In this document: positions 36,889 to 51,198 of the stretch, piece by piece
Numbering within the stretch: position 1 is the first letter of the stretch
How the letters are laid out: the number at the start of each line of letters is the position of its first letter
From: Hamiltosporidium tvaerminnensis FI-OER-3-3
Lineage: Eukaryota > Fungi > Microsporidia
Direction of reading: 5' to 3'
NCBI GenBank assembly: GCA_022605425.2
Contig: CM061246.1
Span: 744,001-808,000 of the forward strand
Length of the DNA stretch: 64,000 bases
Program-made: the position numbers and the translations under genes
Notes under the pieces: generated by a model
Database searches by the model: none
The model's input: only the letters and a program-made list of their open reading frames with translations
Told to the model about the DNA's origin: nothing

Positions 36889-39794
36889 TTAATTTTTGAT
36901 TATTTCTAAATTAAAAATATAATAAAAATATATATCATTTTTAGAAAATTTTTTTAGATATTTGTGCGATTAAAAATTGTATTTTTTGATCATTATCGAT
37001 CATTATCTGTATAAATATTTATAGATGGATTAAAAAAAAAGAATATTATTTTGTATTAATCAATTCATCTTCATAAAATTTAGGTTCATAATTCTTTACA
37101 AAAATATAAAGCTCTAATTCTATTGTTACCCAATATGAAAAGTAAAATATGAAAGGGGAAAAAATTTGAGGTTTATAATTTTTTTTGTCGTTCTCGATAT
37201 GAAAATATTAAACAATAACTATAAAAACAAATTAATAGATCAATGTGATGAATAGGCTTGGATATTTGTTTAAAAACTGAAATTTAGAAAAACAAGTTTA
37301 ATTTCGTTTCTAAAAGATATAGTTCTAATTTTAGACTAAATGTGAATAAAAATATTACATAAACCCATTAGAATATTCGTATAAATATTTAATATAAATA
37401 CTGTAGTTGCTTTAAGATTTTAAAAAACAACAATTTGAATCTAATATCTATCCTAGAATACATACAAAAAAGTTCAAAGTATTTGTATCAATTTAGGATT
37501 CGAATAACTGAATTTAGCCACATAAAAAAAGTAAAAAATATAAAAAAAATACAATAACTACGAATAAAAACTATTTTTAATTTATTTGATTTATAGTTTT
37601 CAACAGCATTTTTAACACATAAATTATTGAAATAAATAAATCATTTACTAAGCAAACAATTTTTAAATAATTTGCTAATTATGTTAACAATCATATTTTT
37701 TTCTGAACTTAATGATTTTGATTAACATTTCTATAATTTCAAAGGTTTATATTATATATAATATTTGGATTGGTTTATCAAAAACAAATATAGAAGTAAG
37801 CAATAGCCACTTTTGATATATACTTCGCCTTTTTAGTCTACATTTTATGTCTAAAACAGTACTTTTTTGATCTTTGAATATATAAGCACCCAAGCACGAA
37901 TCTAATAGTTAATAATTTAATTCTTCTAGAGTTGGTTTTTCGATTGTTTAGTTTCGAAAAATACGGAATTTACTATTCTATATAAGTGATGGCAAGTAAA
38001 TGGCACGTAAAAAAATCAGCTGGTCAGAGATCATTTTAGACACTAATAAAATTTTAAATAATCAATATATCGATTTGGTTTAATAGTATAGTTAAATTCA
38101 GGCATATAGGATTTAAATTCAAATTTTAAGCTCAAATTTTTAGAATCGTATGTTAATTATTCATTTTTTTTTCGTTTTTTTGAACTAAAATCTATCTAGC
38201 TCGTCGGCATCTCAATTAATATTATTTGTAAAATTTTGGCTTGCTAACTTAGAAAGGATTGCCACCACGGGTCAATATATGCTTCACATATGAATTTATT
38301 AAATTATATACTATGATACACTTCCGTGATTTTGGTTTCGCTTAAATTTTTTTGAGCTTGAAGAAGTATTTGAAGAGTATTTTCCAACAGTTTATACGAA
38401 ATTAGGTTTCTAATTTTTTGAGAACTATTTGTTTTTTTGTATAACTAGATATATGTACATAAAATATAGATTAGTTAGAGATTTTTTTTACTGCTTCTAT
38501 AGAGAAGACTTACCTATTTGATAAACTTTTCGGTGTAAATCGCTATAATACATACGATCTTTAATCCAAAAATCTAATCATATTGAATTTAATGTTCATA
38601 ATGAATATTTTGCTCTACTATCTCAAATTTTACCATAATTTTTTATTCTGGTATTTATACTTATTTCGGCACACACATTTTAAAGATTTTTTAAATAAAA
38701 AAAATTGTTTGTCACAACAGTATATTTAATTAACGAAAGGAAATATTTCTTAAAAAAATGAAAAATATTCGTTAAAACACATTTCTTGATCTAAAAAGTC
38801 AATTTAAGAATAAGCATTCTTACAAATATAATTCTAGTTTAAATAAACCTTATATTTTTGATTTCTCTTACAATAGAATTTATTAAATACGGGTTATTTC
38901 TGTCTTGTTTTTGTTTGCTTTATTCTATTATTTCTCTTTTTAAATATACCGTTTCTTAAAATTGCCTTTTATTGTTATTTTAAGCCAATTCCTTGATTGG
39001 GTCATTTCTTTAGCAGTTTGGGATTCATAATTTTAGATGGTTGTATGTATATATTTTCCTACTCATTTGCAAATATATGTAATGGGTATATAGCTCAAAA
39101 ACATATAAGAAATGTTTTAAAAAAAATGAATATGTATAAATTTCGCAGATATTGAGAAAGACAAAACATAATTTTTATTAAATATCAATCAATTAATTAA
39201 ATTATTTAAATTAGTCGAATAGTTGATTTGAAATCATAAGCCTACAAAATGATATATTTCATGAGATAAGGTCTTTTGCATGTAGTCTAAGTTATAAGAT
39301 TTCAAATTCATTATTTTTTTATTCCTTTCATCGTAATTTAAAACATCCGGTTTTAAGAAACTAAGGATCTAACCTAACATGAAGCCTAATCATCATTTTT
39401 TTTGTTTTGATTGCAGTAGCAATAATATTTCGCAAATTCTTTTTCAAAAATATTTTTAAGTTAGAGATACTTTGTCAAATAAACCACAATTTCTTTTAAA
39501 AACAGATATATTTTGTATTATTAAAATAATATTAATTGAAACAAAAGGAAGCTAAAAATAATTTTTTTGATGAAATAAAATTGATATTAAATTTTAACTT
39601 TTTGCAACAAATATTTAATTAAAATAATGAAATCCAAAACTGTTTATCACAATTTAATTTCAAAGAAAATCCTTTAAATTTTCTTTTTACAAAAATCATA
39701 ACAAAATATTTTTAGCTAAATTTTTTTGTTTTATTTCCATTTACTTTCTTAAAATATTAAGCAATAGACACAAAACATATTTATTTATAGAATA

Positions 39795-40613
39795 TTAAAA
39801 ATCGAAATCTGTTATTCGAAACAAAACCAGTATTTCCTTCATGTAACGTTCAAATTCAATTTCAGAACATAATTTATGCTTGTTTCTTATTTTTTTAAAT
39901 TTTTCGAAAGAAAATTTTGGCAAAAAATCGGAAAATAAATGAAAATGTTTGACGATTACATCCAAAAGGAGTGATAAATTAATTTGTTCAGAATCTTCTG
40001 GAAAATAAAATTTCATAGCCGATCCTATCTTTTCATATACAAGATTCAAAACCAAGGGCATAATCAAGTTCTTAACCTTTTCTTCTATAATTTCTCGTAA
40101 ATTTAAATAAGTATCTTCTAACGGCTTTTTTTCAAAAAAATTTGTAAATTTCAAAATAAATTCATCGTTTGTCATTTCTCCAATTAAAATACAATTTATT
40201 GAAGCCTTTTCTGCTTTTAAATTTAATACCTTATCGTTCGTGAGAACAACACATCTATGATAATGTAAAGCAACAGCAAGTATTTTTTCATCATTATTTC
40301 CACCTTTAAGATTGTTGGACTGGTCTTCGAGATATTTAGTTTCACTTGTATATTGAATATTTATATTTTCCTCGCTGAATTCATTATGAATCATTAATTT
40401 TTTCTGTTTTGTCAGTATTTCAATAAATCTAATTGCTTCTCGCGCTTTAACCAACCGTTTCTTCTTATTATCTAATTCATCTAAAATAACAGAACTCACC
40501 AAAATGCATACTTTAAGTTTACTTTTAGTTTTAAGAATATTTTTTAAAATATCAAGATTACTTAGAAATACATTTGTATCTGGAATAATATAAATTACAC
40601 CAACATTATTCAT
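39795..40613 (-). CDS. PIN-domain RNA endonuclease (Swt1/SMG6-like)
   Basis: IIPDTNVFL, VILDELD, NNDEKIL and VLTNDK acidic motifs. Likely start at 40613 (tatCCCCtggatATG); the ORF track starts at 40664. Confidence 0.85.
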   Translation of the reverse strand: MNNVGVIYIIPDTNVFLSNLDILKNILKTKSKLKVCILVSSVILDELDNKKKRLVKAREAIRFIEILTKQKKLMIHNEFSEENINIQYTSETKYLEDQSNNLKGGNNDEKILAVALHYHRCVVLTNDKVLNLKAEKASINCILIGEMTNDEFILKFTNFFEKKPLEDTYLNLREIIEEKVKNLIMPLVLNLVYEKIGSAMKFYFPEDSEQINLSLLLDVIVKHFHLFSDFLPKFSFEKFKKIRNKHKLCSEIEFERYMKEILVLFRITDFDF

Positions 40614-41029
40614 ATCCAGGGGATATTTTATAGCGAATAAATTCATTATTTGAAACGTTTTCATTACTATTTATATATTTCTATTAAATTAGTGTTAACA
40701 TATTTAATAATCAAAATTATTTACACTTTTTATTGGAAATCTTTCTTAAATTAAAAATTAAGTATTCTCATTATTATTCATAAATTAGATAAATAAAATG
40801 TAAAAAACATTATAAATATAACTTTTTATAATTTAAAAACTATCAAATGTGTATTGATGTGGCATATCTCCTTTTTTTATCATATGTCACAAAATCTACT
40901 TAAAAAAATATAAAATCTAAATTATAAAGAATTATAAACAAAATATGTTTAATATTTTTTAAATATATCACACTATGCTATACTACCTTAAAAACCAGGA
41001 ATATTTCCTTCCCAATTATATTTTTGAAC

Positions 41030-41530
41030 TAAATCTGTGAGTCAGTAGAGAAGGACTTAATTTCCGACTTAATAAAAAAACTAAGTAGATGTATCCTCTA
41101 TAAGTTATTATATGAGCTCCAATGCTTCAAATCTTCAATTGAAATTTTAAGCCTTCCAAATATGTATATTCAATAGGTTTAGCAGTTCATATCATAAATT
41201 TTACCCGTCCCTGAGCAGGTTTTTATAAAATCAAAATCTTTTTTCATCAATACATATTCTTTGTTCAGTTTTGTTAGATTTTAAATTTTTTATAAATTTA
41301 ACTCATTATTTCCTTTTGCACATTTAGGTTTACTGTATATATTTTATCCCATTTTTTTCTTTTTCGTTAACCCGTATATAAGTGTGGTTATCTTTGCCTG
41401 CAAAAAAAATTCGTCTATACAGCATGATGTATTGGCTATTAAATATTTTTATAACATCCTTATTGTGTTAATTAAAAAGTATTACCTTTAAGTACCAATA
41501 TTTACATGAGACTAATAAGCAATAATTGAT
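41030..41530 (-). mobile_element. Decayed non-LTR RT remnant
   Basis: Minus-strand tgtattgatgaaaaaagattttgat resembles tggattgatgttaaaaaaagcttatgat (WIDVKKAYD) at ~46290. Confidence 0.4.
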
Positions 41531-41703
41531 TTATACAACTATATTTAGGATATAAATAAATCGATCATATAACGGACTTTAACCAATTATTCCACGCCAC
41601 TATTTTTAGGTATTATTAAAAATAATGACATGAAACTTTGCATTTGTGATTTTAATTGAATTTTACTTTTAAAAAGTAAAATGAAAATTTTTTTCAACGG
41701 TCT

Positions 41704-42375
41704 TGGTGGAGAATGAATAAACACATAAAAAACTTTCTGGTTGGCAATGAGTATGTGAAATTTGTGTGAAAATCATTGTTTGGATTTTTGGTGGTAATAA
41801 AAGTACACCAAATTTTCTGTTGTCTCATGGGGGTCTGTACGAGAAGGAGAAGATCTACGAAAAGGCGAAACTTTTTCTACAAATATGTTCACTGGTTTTT
41901 ATGTTACTACATCGAAGAACGCAGCCGAAATTTTAGGTAATAGCCATGTAAAAGCCTGGAAACATAGCCTTGCTCCTTCGGGTTAGAAGATTTAGGGCTT
42001 GGGAAAAAATAAAAACCTTTAATACAGGGGAAGCCTAAGTAGCAGGCTATACATATTGGTATGGCACTGCCCTATCTAGGTTAAGCTCATTTAAGTCGCT
42101 GATATATCTTAGCTGCAAAGTTTATTAGGTTCAAAAAGTGTAGAGTGTGGGGATGGTGCATAGTCTTGAGAGCCTGGGGTGGGGTTCAATCTTCGATTAA
42201 ACACCATGCAACGGACATAAAAGAGCTCCCGTTAACAATTTCGCCCTTTAATTGGGTTCTACACTTTTTTTAGATGAAAGAATTTGTTATGTAGGTATCA
42301 GGATACTGATGAAGTTTCAGGGAGTGCAGTTATTTGTGGTAAACCTAGAACTGCGTTAAATTCGTGAAAAGAAAA
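41704..42375 (+). repeat. ~660-nt structured non-coding repeat, type D; AT-rich homology continues to ~43470
   Basis: Starts TGGTGGAGAATG and is collinear with the other copies. Downstream segments match 14880-15150, 51900-52090 and 53590-53990. Confidence 0.85.
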
Positions 42376-44522
42376 TAACACATGCCACTATTTCTAAAAA
42401 AAAAGTGATATTTCTAAATAAATCAAATTTTAATGCTTCATTATGATTTACTACACTGTGAAAAGAGGATGTTTAACAATATTAAGTGCGAATATTTTTT
42501 TAAACCAATTAAATGTTTTAAAGTGCTTCATGTTCTACTTCAAAATATTATATGGGTTTTAAGATTATGAACAAATACTAAGAATCATACTCTTATCGAA
42601 ACACTATTATCGGTGCCATAACATTTTTTAAAAAATTGAAAATTCCAAGAAGAGTCGCCATCGTGACCCTTGATTATATAATACCCTAGATCAACCTATA
42701 AATACATTTTCGATAGAATTGCGGATAAAAATTTCATTATTTTTGTTCGTCGTCAAAAATTATTTAGTATTTCGCTTATCGTTGTTGATTATAAGATTTA
42801 TGTGTAGTTTGTAGGATCAAAACAGCCTCACAAAATATTTCGAGGTAAATATAAAACTTAAATTCGTAATTTATTTGATTAATTAAGCTTTGCCTTGAAA
42901 ATTAACCAATTTATATAAGACTGTTTTGTTCGATTCTGCTTTATTAATCTTCAATGTGTAAATTTTTGGGATTTTATTCAAGCACATTTCTTTCAGTTTC
43001 TGTTAAAAAAATACATCAGCCTAATAATAGTTTTAAGTAGACTAATGCGATTCAATTTTTTTCTTTTTATCTTCGATGATTTCTTATTTTATTTCATGGC
43101 TACGGTGTTTGTTAGCTTTTCGTAAGTAAATGAAATAAAAAATTGCCGCAAGCCCAGTAAGAACTTCGGACTTTTTCTCAGCATTATTCCAACCCCTGGC
43201 TATTTATAAAAAAAAGAAATAGTTTACATTACTCAACTTTATAATGCCGAATTATTCTATTAACATAACATTAGATCGTTATTCAGAAATAAATTCGTAA
43301 ACTTATGGGATATTTGGTGAAGAAATTTATACAGAAGAAAAAAGTAAATTATTATAAGGTCTATCTTAACTAATTTTTTTAGAATATAAGCAGTGATTTG
43401 CATCGTTTAATATTTCAAAATAACAAATATCTAATATTTATAGAAGAATGATAATTAAATGACAGTATTATTCTTGTCAATCTGCTTTATCTTTCGGTTT
43501 TAAAAATAGATATAAATTGCTGTATTATTTGAGATTTTTTTGATTTACTTTTGAATTTATTAATAAACTTTATTCGTTTTACAGTCATTTTAATCTAATT
43601 AAAAATCAAAAACCGATTTAATATGCCATAATGAGAAGTAAAAAACGTGCAAGAAACACATAGAAAGCACAAATTAAAGAATTAAAACACCATACCCTAC
43701 AAATATAATTTAATGAAAATGAAAAACAAATAAATGCAACTTTAGAATATCTTAAATTCTATTAATTATAAAACAGACGATTCCTTAATATTCTATCAGA
43801 TAAGAATTCAAAACAGTAACCAAAAAATGACTTAAAAAGTAAATAGTACCTGTGAATAACATTTGTCTATTCCTAAGACTTGTTTTAAAATAGAAATAAA
43901 TATGAACTATGTGAGATACATATGAACGCTTTATTTATATTTTCACATGCTTTATATTTCTTATTAACCTGCACTGAATCACAGCCTGATAATAGAACAA
44001 ATATTTAATAGATGCTATTGATAGAAAACATCCTTGTAACCCTGCAACTAAAAGCGGACTACCCGTTGAAATGTTTTCCGCTTTCAGTGATAATCAATAT
44101 GCAGTCATATAAATAAATTTATGTTAATTTTAATAAAATCTTTAACTTTTTTTAAACAATTTCATTGCTAAACTAAATTAATAATATCGTAAGATTTCAT
44201 ACAAACTATAAGAAAGGAATTTTTAATAATTTTATTTCAAGCCTAGGCTAATAATTGATTCTTGATTTATATGTTTTTTTAGGCATATCTTTGTTTATAA
44301 GCACCTATTGTCAACTCTGCTTGCATTCCAATATTAAGTAAAGAAGTATTTTTGTATTGTGTCGATTATAAATAAGAAATTACTTTTACTGCCACATTAG
44401 CTTAATTTTCTAATGCACTTATTGACATTATTTATTTTATAAATCCATTTCTTAGCATAATTTCGACCATTTTGTCATTGAATTTATAAAATATTTTTAA
44501 TTGAATTTATATTTCGCATATT

Positions 44523-47500
44523 ATGGGTAGAAAGAAAAATCTTAGCAGCGAAATATCGAATAATACCAAAATAAAGGCAGCAAACGACGCTGATGAGGTG
44601 AAGAAGAGTGATAGTGAGGTAAAAAAATGTAAGCTACACCCACCGGCGATTTCCCTACCTTTCTCCTCCTACACAAAAATAACACCTCCACCACCAAGCC
44701 AAACATGCATTAACATGCTAAATAGTGGGCTTGACACCTCACCTTCGCCTAATAAACCGCTTGCCTCTTCGGTTGAAGTCTCTGCGTGCGAGCCATCGTA
44801 CGACATGACAAACTCCTGTACTCTAGCTATTCCGGAAGGTAACAGGCTAATGGCATTGCGGAAGATATTCGATTCCGTAACAGGCTAATGGCATTGCGGA
44901 AGATATTCGATTCTGTAACAGCCGACCCGAAGGAATGGCCTCGAATTGTTTTTTTTGCAGTACAGACAAGGTTTGAAAGAATGCCAAGAAATGGGTGGAC
45001 AGAGCTTCACAGGTACGATAATGAGAAATTCGACTGCACTGGAACTCTCGTAGTGTTAGAAAAAATGGCACAAAGTGAGATGAAAGGAAGTAAAATCAGA
45101 AGAGAATGGAGAGCGACGTAGAATCGCCACTTGTCTCGCTGATACATGCACCCTGACCGACACTACGGAGTACATAAACCTGAGAAATAAATTTTTGAGA
45201 AAATCAAAGAAATCTCTGAGAACGAAATTGGAAAAGTGGTGGTCCGAACTAGAAAACATCCAAATAAATTGGTTGATAGTAAAGTTCTGGATCTCATTAA
45301 TCGAGTAGTCGGTGAATATGCAGGAGCTCATGTACCTGAGTCAATTACGGAAGCCGCGTATATCATGCAAGCTGCGCAGATATGCTATGACGAGGCAACA
45401 CGTAAAGAAAAGCCTAGATCCGCTTGGAAGGAAAACATAGAAAGTAAAATTTCACAGTTAGTACTTTCCAAAGATCTTCTCGAGAAGGCTCGTAAGCAGG
45501 AAAAGCTCTCCACTTCGGAAACGAAGAGCCTTAAGAAAATCATGCGAGAGTTTAATTTAAACTTGAGCAGTGTAACTGATCTTTCCGAGGCTTTAGTTAA
45601 GAAGAATGAGTCTTTGAATGTGTACGAGAAAAAAATTACGATGCATGAAAGTAGGAAGCAATTCCGAAAAGAGAACCGTATGTTTGAGCTTTTCCGAGGT
45701 CGATTTTATCGTGGGTTATCTGAGCGTGTGGAATCCGAGCATGTGGTTAGTCGTGATGAAATTGTGAGTTTTTGGTCTACAATGTGGAACAAAAATGATG
45801 ACGCAGTCACGTATGATGATTATTTGATTCCATTTGTATCAGATAAACATCCGACCACGTTTCCTTAACTTCATGAATTTGTAAATATCATTAATTGGCT
45901 TCCTAATTGGAAAGCTGCTGGAATTGATGGTATTTACAATTTTTTCATTAAGAAACTTACAACTCTTCACAAATTTCTTTATGATATTGTGAAAGTTATA
46001 TTTTAAAAAGGAGCATCTCGAGATGATTGGTTTTACTGCGAGCTTAGGTATTTAACCCCAAAAGGAATTCTGCAAAGAGGCTCTGACTCCAGGCCAATCA
46101 CTAATATGTCCAACCTCTACAAGTTAACGACTAAGTGTGTAACGAAAGTCGTTCAACTTGAAGTGGAAAGGCGAGGGTTGCTTGCGGAGAACCAGTTGGG
46201 AGCAGTTAGAGGTGTGCAGTGAGCGAAAGAGCAGGCTCTACTGAATATTGCCTTAAATAAAGAGTATGGAAATAATCTTAAGGCAACATGGATTGATGTT
46301 AAAAAAAGCTTATGATTCAATAGACCATGCTTATTTAACTCAATGCATTGAAAACCTTAATTTACCTGATTGTATCCTGAAATTTATCAAGGTAATTATA
46401 TCAAAATGGAAAATTGATATATCAGTAGGGCCTGAAAAAATCATGAGCAAGAAGATTGATAGAGGGATTCTACAAGGAGATAGTCTGTCACCTTTGATAT
46501 TTGTGTTGTGTATGGATCCATTAGGCCGAAAGCTTAATGAAAAATACACAAAAGTGACAGTACAAACAGATGCAGAATCCCATTCTACTAATCATCTCTT
46601 GTTAAATGATGATCTTAAGCTCCTTGCAAAAGACAGCTCCACATTGAGTGCTATGACAGGCGAGGCAAAGGAATTTTTAGAGGTGATTGGCTTAGAGATT
46701 AACAAAGAGAAGTCAGCCACAAATGATACGTGTTGTGAAGATACAGCTACTCTTCTAGAAGGTGTTAGTGTTTACAAATATTTAGGAATAATAGAAGATA
46801 GCAATGGAATCCCAACAAGTAGCTCATTTGAAGAAGTACAGAGCAAACTTGTATCAAGAGTTGAAAGACTTTGTCACACTAGATTAAACGCAAAAAAATT
46901 ATTTTAAGCCATTAATCAACATGCGATATCGTTAATCAACTATCACATAGGAGTACTTCGACTTGAACCGGCTGACTTCTCTAAGTTAGATGATGCAGTG
47001 CGTGCGGTGTTGGTGAAGAATAAGATACATCTCCGCCCAGGATGTAAAGAGCGTTTATACCTTCCTAGACCAGATCTTGGAAGAGGCCTGCATAGTGTTG
47101 AGTTGCGAAGCGAACATATGCTTCTGCAACTCTTGGATTGTCTGGAAAAAAGTAAAGAAATATCAACTAAACGAGCAGCAATCCTCAAGGTGGAGAATAA
47201 TAATAAAACCCATCTTGCACTAATAAAAGGCTTCTTAAAAGTAAAGTACAGGTTGGTAGAAGAAGTCACTAAGAAAAGTTTAGAAGAAGCTCAACTTGCG
47301 AAACTATATAACGAAATAGAAAAACGAAAACTACATTCAAAGTTATATAATGCAAGGAAAAATGAGCTTGTAAGTGTTAGTGACTCTTCAAGATGGCTAA
47401 AGAGAGGAAATATTAGGCCACGAAATGAAGCTGTGTTCTGCTATATCCAGGATAGAAATGTATTCTGGGGAGCAGATGGTGTGTGTCAACATTGCGGGAA

Positions 47501-48362
47501 GTCTGGTAAGACTGTAGATCATCTAGCAACTAGATGTGAAAAAATTCTAGGCCATGATTACACTAGACGGCATAATGAAGTGGTTAGATGCCTACACCTT
47601 CTTCTTCTAAATAGATATAAGTTTAAGTCTTCAAAACGAATAAGGAGCCACTCAGTTCAAGAAATTCTTGATAATGAGTATGCAGAGATAAGAGTGGACA
47701 CCAGAATTAAAACTGATGTAAAAATTCGGAATAACAGACCGGACATATTTATTTTAGATAAGAAGAAGAATAAGATAACACTTATTGAAGTAGGAATCAC
47801 TTCCCAAGATTCACTTCAAATAGTTGAAACTGAAAAACTTAGGAAGTATGACTTTCTAGCCAATGAGCTGGGTCTTATTTACAAATGTAGTGAAGAGATA
47901 ATCCCTTATGTGATGACCTGGGACGGTATTGTAACAAAATACCATAAATATCATCTTAAAAGACTAGAAATACACATGAATTGTGAGGCATACATTCAGT
48001 CTATAGTACTTAAGAAAACAGTCGAAAAAATTTCCTTTGATCGACGAAGAGGACTTGAGTCAGGACTAAATGCCGAAGTGAGCTGGGAGAGAGCGTCAAT
48101 GGGTGTTATTATGAGATCAGAGATGCATGAGGAACCAATACCCCCTTTAAAAGAAGCGAAAACAGAGGAAGATGGTGCCAAAAATTTTAAACCAAAATAT
48201 AAAGCCCCCTTTATTTTACAAGGAGGAACCACTTTAGAGGAACCGACCAATAACATAACTGAAGAGTCGGATTTGGAAGAAGAGAAAATAGTGGTTAAAG
48301 AGGTAGAAGAAAACATATAAAAATGTTAAAAAATATTTTAACCCAGAATTTTATTAAATAAA
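44523..48362 (+). mobile_element. Near full-length, disabled non-LTR retrotransposon with RT + CCHC + restriction-like endonuclease (R4/Dong-like architecture)
   Basis: Fragments of a single ORF: WKAAGIDG, RPIT, WIDVKKAYDS, GILQGDSLSP, LNDDLKL, YKYLG, CQHC..H..C zinc knuckle, RHN, RPDI..IEVG..KLRKY. Stops or frameshifts at ~44880, 45868, ~46000, ~46300 and 46907. 5' UTR not delimited. Confidence 0.95.
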
Positions 48363-50051
48363 TAAAAAACATAGCAAATAATTTCCTGCTTAAATGTTAA
48401 TTCAATTGCTTTTTCTTATCTAATCTAATGTATCATCACACCACAAAAAAAAGAAATAATACCAAATTTTCTAAAAAATTTCAGAATTTATTAAACCATT
48501 CATTAATTTTTCGAGTATTTTTGATCCACATACAGTATTTGAAATAAAGTAATGCTGTTTTAGATGAGTGTATTTTACCAAAAAATTTAGTTTAAAGTTT
48601 GCATCTTTTCTTAATATTATTCCTCGGCAATCATTTTAAAATATTCTGTTTAGTCATTGGAATTCGTTTTTATATTTTAAAGAAATAAAAACCAACGATA
48701 TCATCAAAAAAATATATTTTCTAACTAAAAGAGGACCTGAAACGAGTACAAATACTCTTAAGCTATTCATGTACCGTATCAGATCCAACAGCGGTTCCCC
48801 ATAAAATTTATTCTGAAAATGTCAAAAAACGAATCATATTGTGGTTTATATACTATTTTTAGAATATTTTTTATTATTGCGAAAATTCTTAATGAATGTC
48901 AAATATTTCAACAAATATTTTTTTAAATACAAAATAGTATAACTTTATTAAATTTATGTTCGTTAAACTTTGCTTTCAGATATAAAATTTTAGATTAATA
49001 GAATAATAAGTTAAATGTAAAAATCCAAAACGAATAGTCTAGAATGATATTCTTTGAAATATAACAAAAGAATATAAAAAAAAATTGAAACTAGATTTTT
49101 TTTAATGCGAGATCATCATAGATTGAAAAAAATAAAGCTGTAGAACAAGTAGTCAAAAATGTTTAAAAATCAAATTTACTAAATATTTGGTTGTTTTATT
49201 ACTCGTTTTTTCTAGATTTTTGGAATTTTATTTTATCTGTTCTTTATATTTGATGCGTTTTCAAACATTTTAAGTTAATGTTTCGATTTTATCTATTTTA
49301 CACATATTTTAGAATTATTTAAAATTTGCGTATGCGCTGTGACATATTTTTCATTGATGGATATGTAATAGAAATGAGTTATTTATGACTCTTAGGTTCT
49401 TATAGATTGCAGATTATGTTTTTCCATAAATCTCCTCGGAACTTGAGCTTGAATTCTTTCTTCGTGTGAATCAAAAAAAAACGGTTCTAATAATTTTTGA
49501 GCCCATCAACAATTGCGAAATTTCGTATTACCGGCAAGAAGTCTTTTAAACTCCATACTATGGTATTTTGTTACAATAACATCTCAGGTTATCAGATATA
49601 AATTTTCTCGGCACTAAGTTTATAAATATTATCAAATGTTTGACCGATAAGTAAGACTTTTCATCATTTCAATTTATTTAATTTTAAGAATATTCAGATT
49701 TAATTGTTTTCGACTCGTTTGGTGTGAACTTATCTCATTTCGTATTCAAAACAAAAATATTTTGTCCATTATTCCGAATTTCAAATATATTTTGATATCT
49801 GGATCGAACTTCAATTTAAAATACGTACATTAAAGTTTCTAGACAAAGTACACCTAATTTGTTTTAAAGACCCGTATATATATTTATTCAAGAACTGTAG
49901 GTTTAATAAAAAAAATGTTTTATATCGTCTGGTATAGTCTTTTCCGAATGTTTCTATTCCCTTTTACTAAATGTACTTCTTACTTTTCGGTATTTTGATA
50001 ATTTTGACATGCTCTTTATGTACATCAAAATCCATTATTGTATACTATAAA

Positions 50052-50715
50052 TGTGAAAGAAAATAACCAATTGTAAACTAACTATTTAGCAAAAGGATTG
50101 TAAAATTACTGTGAAATTCATTGATTGAATATGTGATAGGATGAAAATCACATTACATTTTAAGTTGATTCACCGGTAATTTGAACATCTAGGAGAACTT
50201 CTACAAAATAGTAAATCTTTTTACAATCTTGTTTTGTAGATTTTTATGTAGCTAGATTGGAAACCATGACTGAATTTGTTAAAAATTGTATGTATAGGGA
50301 TGATAAACAAGTTTTTCCAATTAAGACAAGAAGATTTAGCGCCTGGAAGATACGAAACAACATAAACTTAATATTTACAGTTTTAAGTAGCAACCTATAG
50401 TTGTTAGTATGAGATTGCAACATCTGGATGGACTTCATTAAGTTCCGGAAATATATTTGACTGAAAATTTATCCGGCTCAAGCGGTATAGAGTATTAAAA
50501 ATGCTGCTAGTTCTGGGTGTGCAAAGTGACTTACGACCTGAATTAACACCGAAAGCAACATACATTAACGAAGCCGGGCAACTGCCTCTCATATTACACG
50601 GTTATCACATTTTTTAGATTTTTCCTTGTGATTTAGGTATAAAAGGGACACCGACAGGCCATTAGGAGAGCAATTATCCATATTAAGCCGCAAACTTCGA
50701 ATATTCATTCAAACA
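50052..50715 (+). repeat. ~660-nt structured non-coding repeat, type B
   Basis: Reverse complement of 19315-19982. Confidence 0.8.
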
Positions 50716-50980
50716 ATGTAATAATTACCACGGTTTTAAAAGGTTAGGATATTTATTCAACAAAAAACTACTATTAAAATAAGTTTTCGAATAGAAGAAA
50801 CCCCTTTTTGCAAATATATATTCTTTAAATGAAAAAAACTCACATCCTATTAGGTATCATTTAATTTTATATAATTTAAATGGTTTTACATTTTTCCTTT
50901 TAAAAAATTAAACTTTGGCTTCAGGCTAATAAAATATTTTATAGTATTATAAGTATTTATTTCTTTTGAAAGAAGGAATA

Positions 50981-51198
50981 TCATCATAATCAGCAGTACA
51001 ACCCTGCAAGAGCTTTGGCTGCTCATCGGTCTTTTTTCAGTGGATTAGTTTTTTTTCCGGTTTCCTAACAAGGTAGTTGTAAAGGGTGGTTTGTTAGCCC
51101 TACGCCATCCCTCAATCTGGAGGACCAGTACCTTTTAGTTGCCTCTTGCAACAAGCAGAGAACACTCTAAGCTAATTCTGCACCCGGCATAGTGGGCG
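50981..51198 (-). mobile_element. RTE-type non-autonomous retroposon (third copy)
   Basis: Reverse complement of 18835-19053. Confidence 0.7.

Noticed and set aside
44450-44466. Candidate TSD for the large non-LTR element (tagcataatttc versus tagcaaataatttc)
   Set aside because: The match is gapped and AT-rich, and the upstream sequence does not continue homology with the source locus.
50275-50312. Apparent covariation ttgtt/aacaa in the type B copy
   Set aside because: On alignment ttgtt is not homologous to the taggt stem of other copies, so it is not counted as support.
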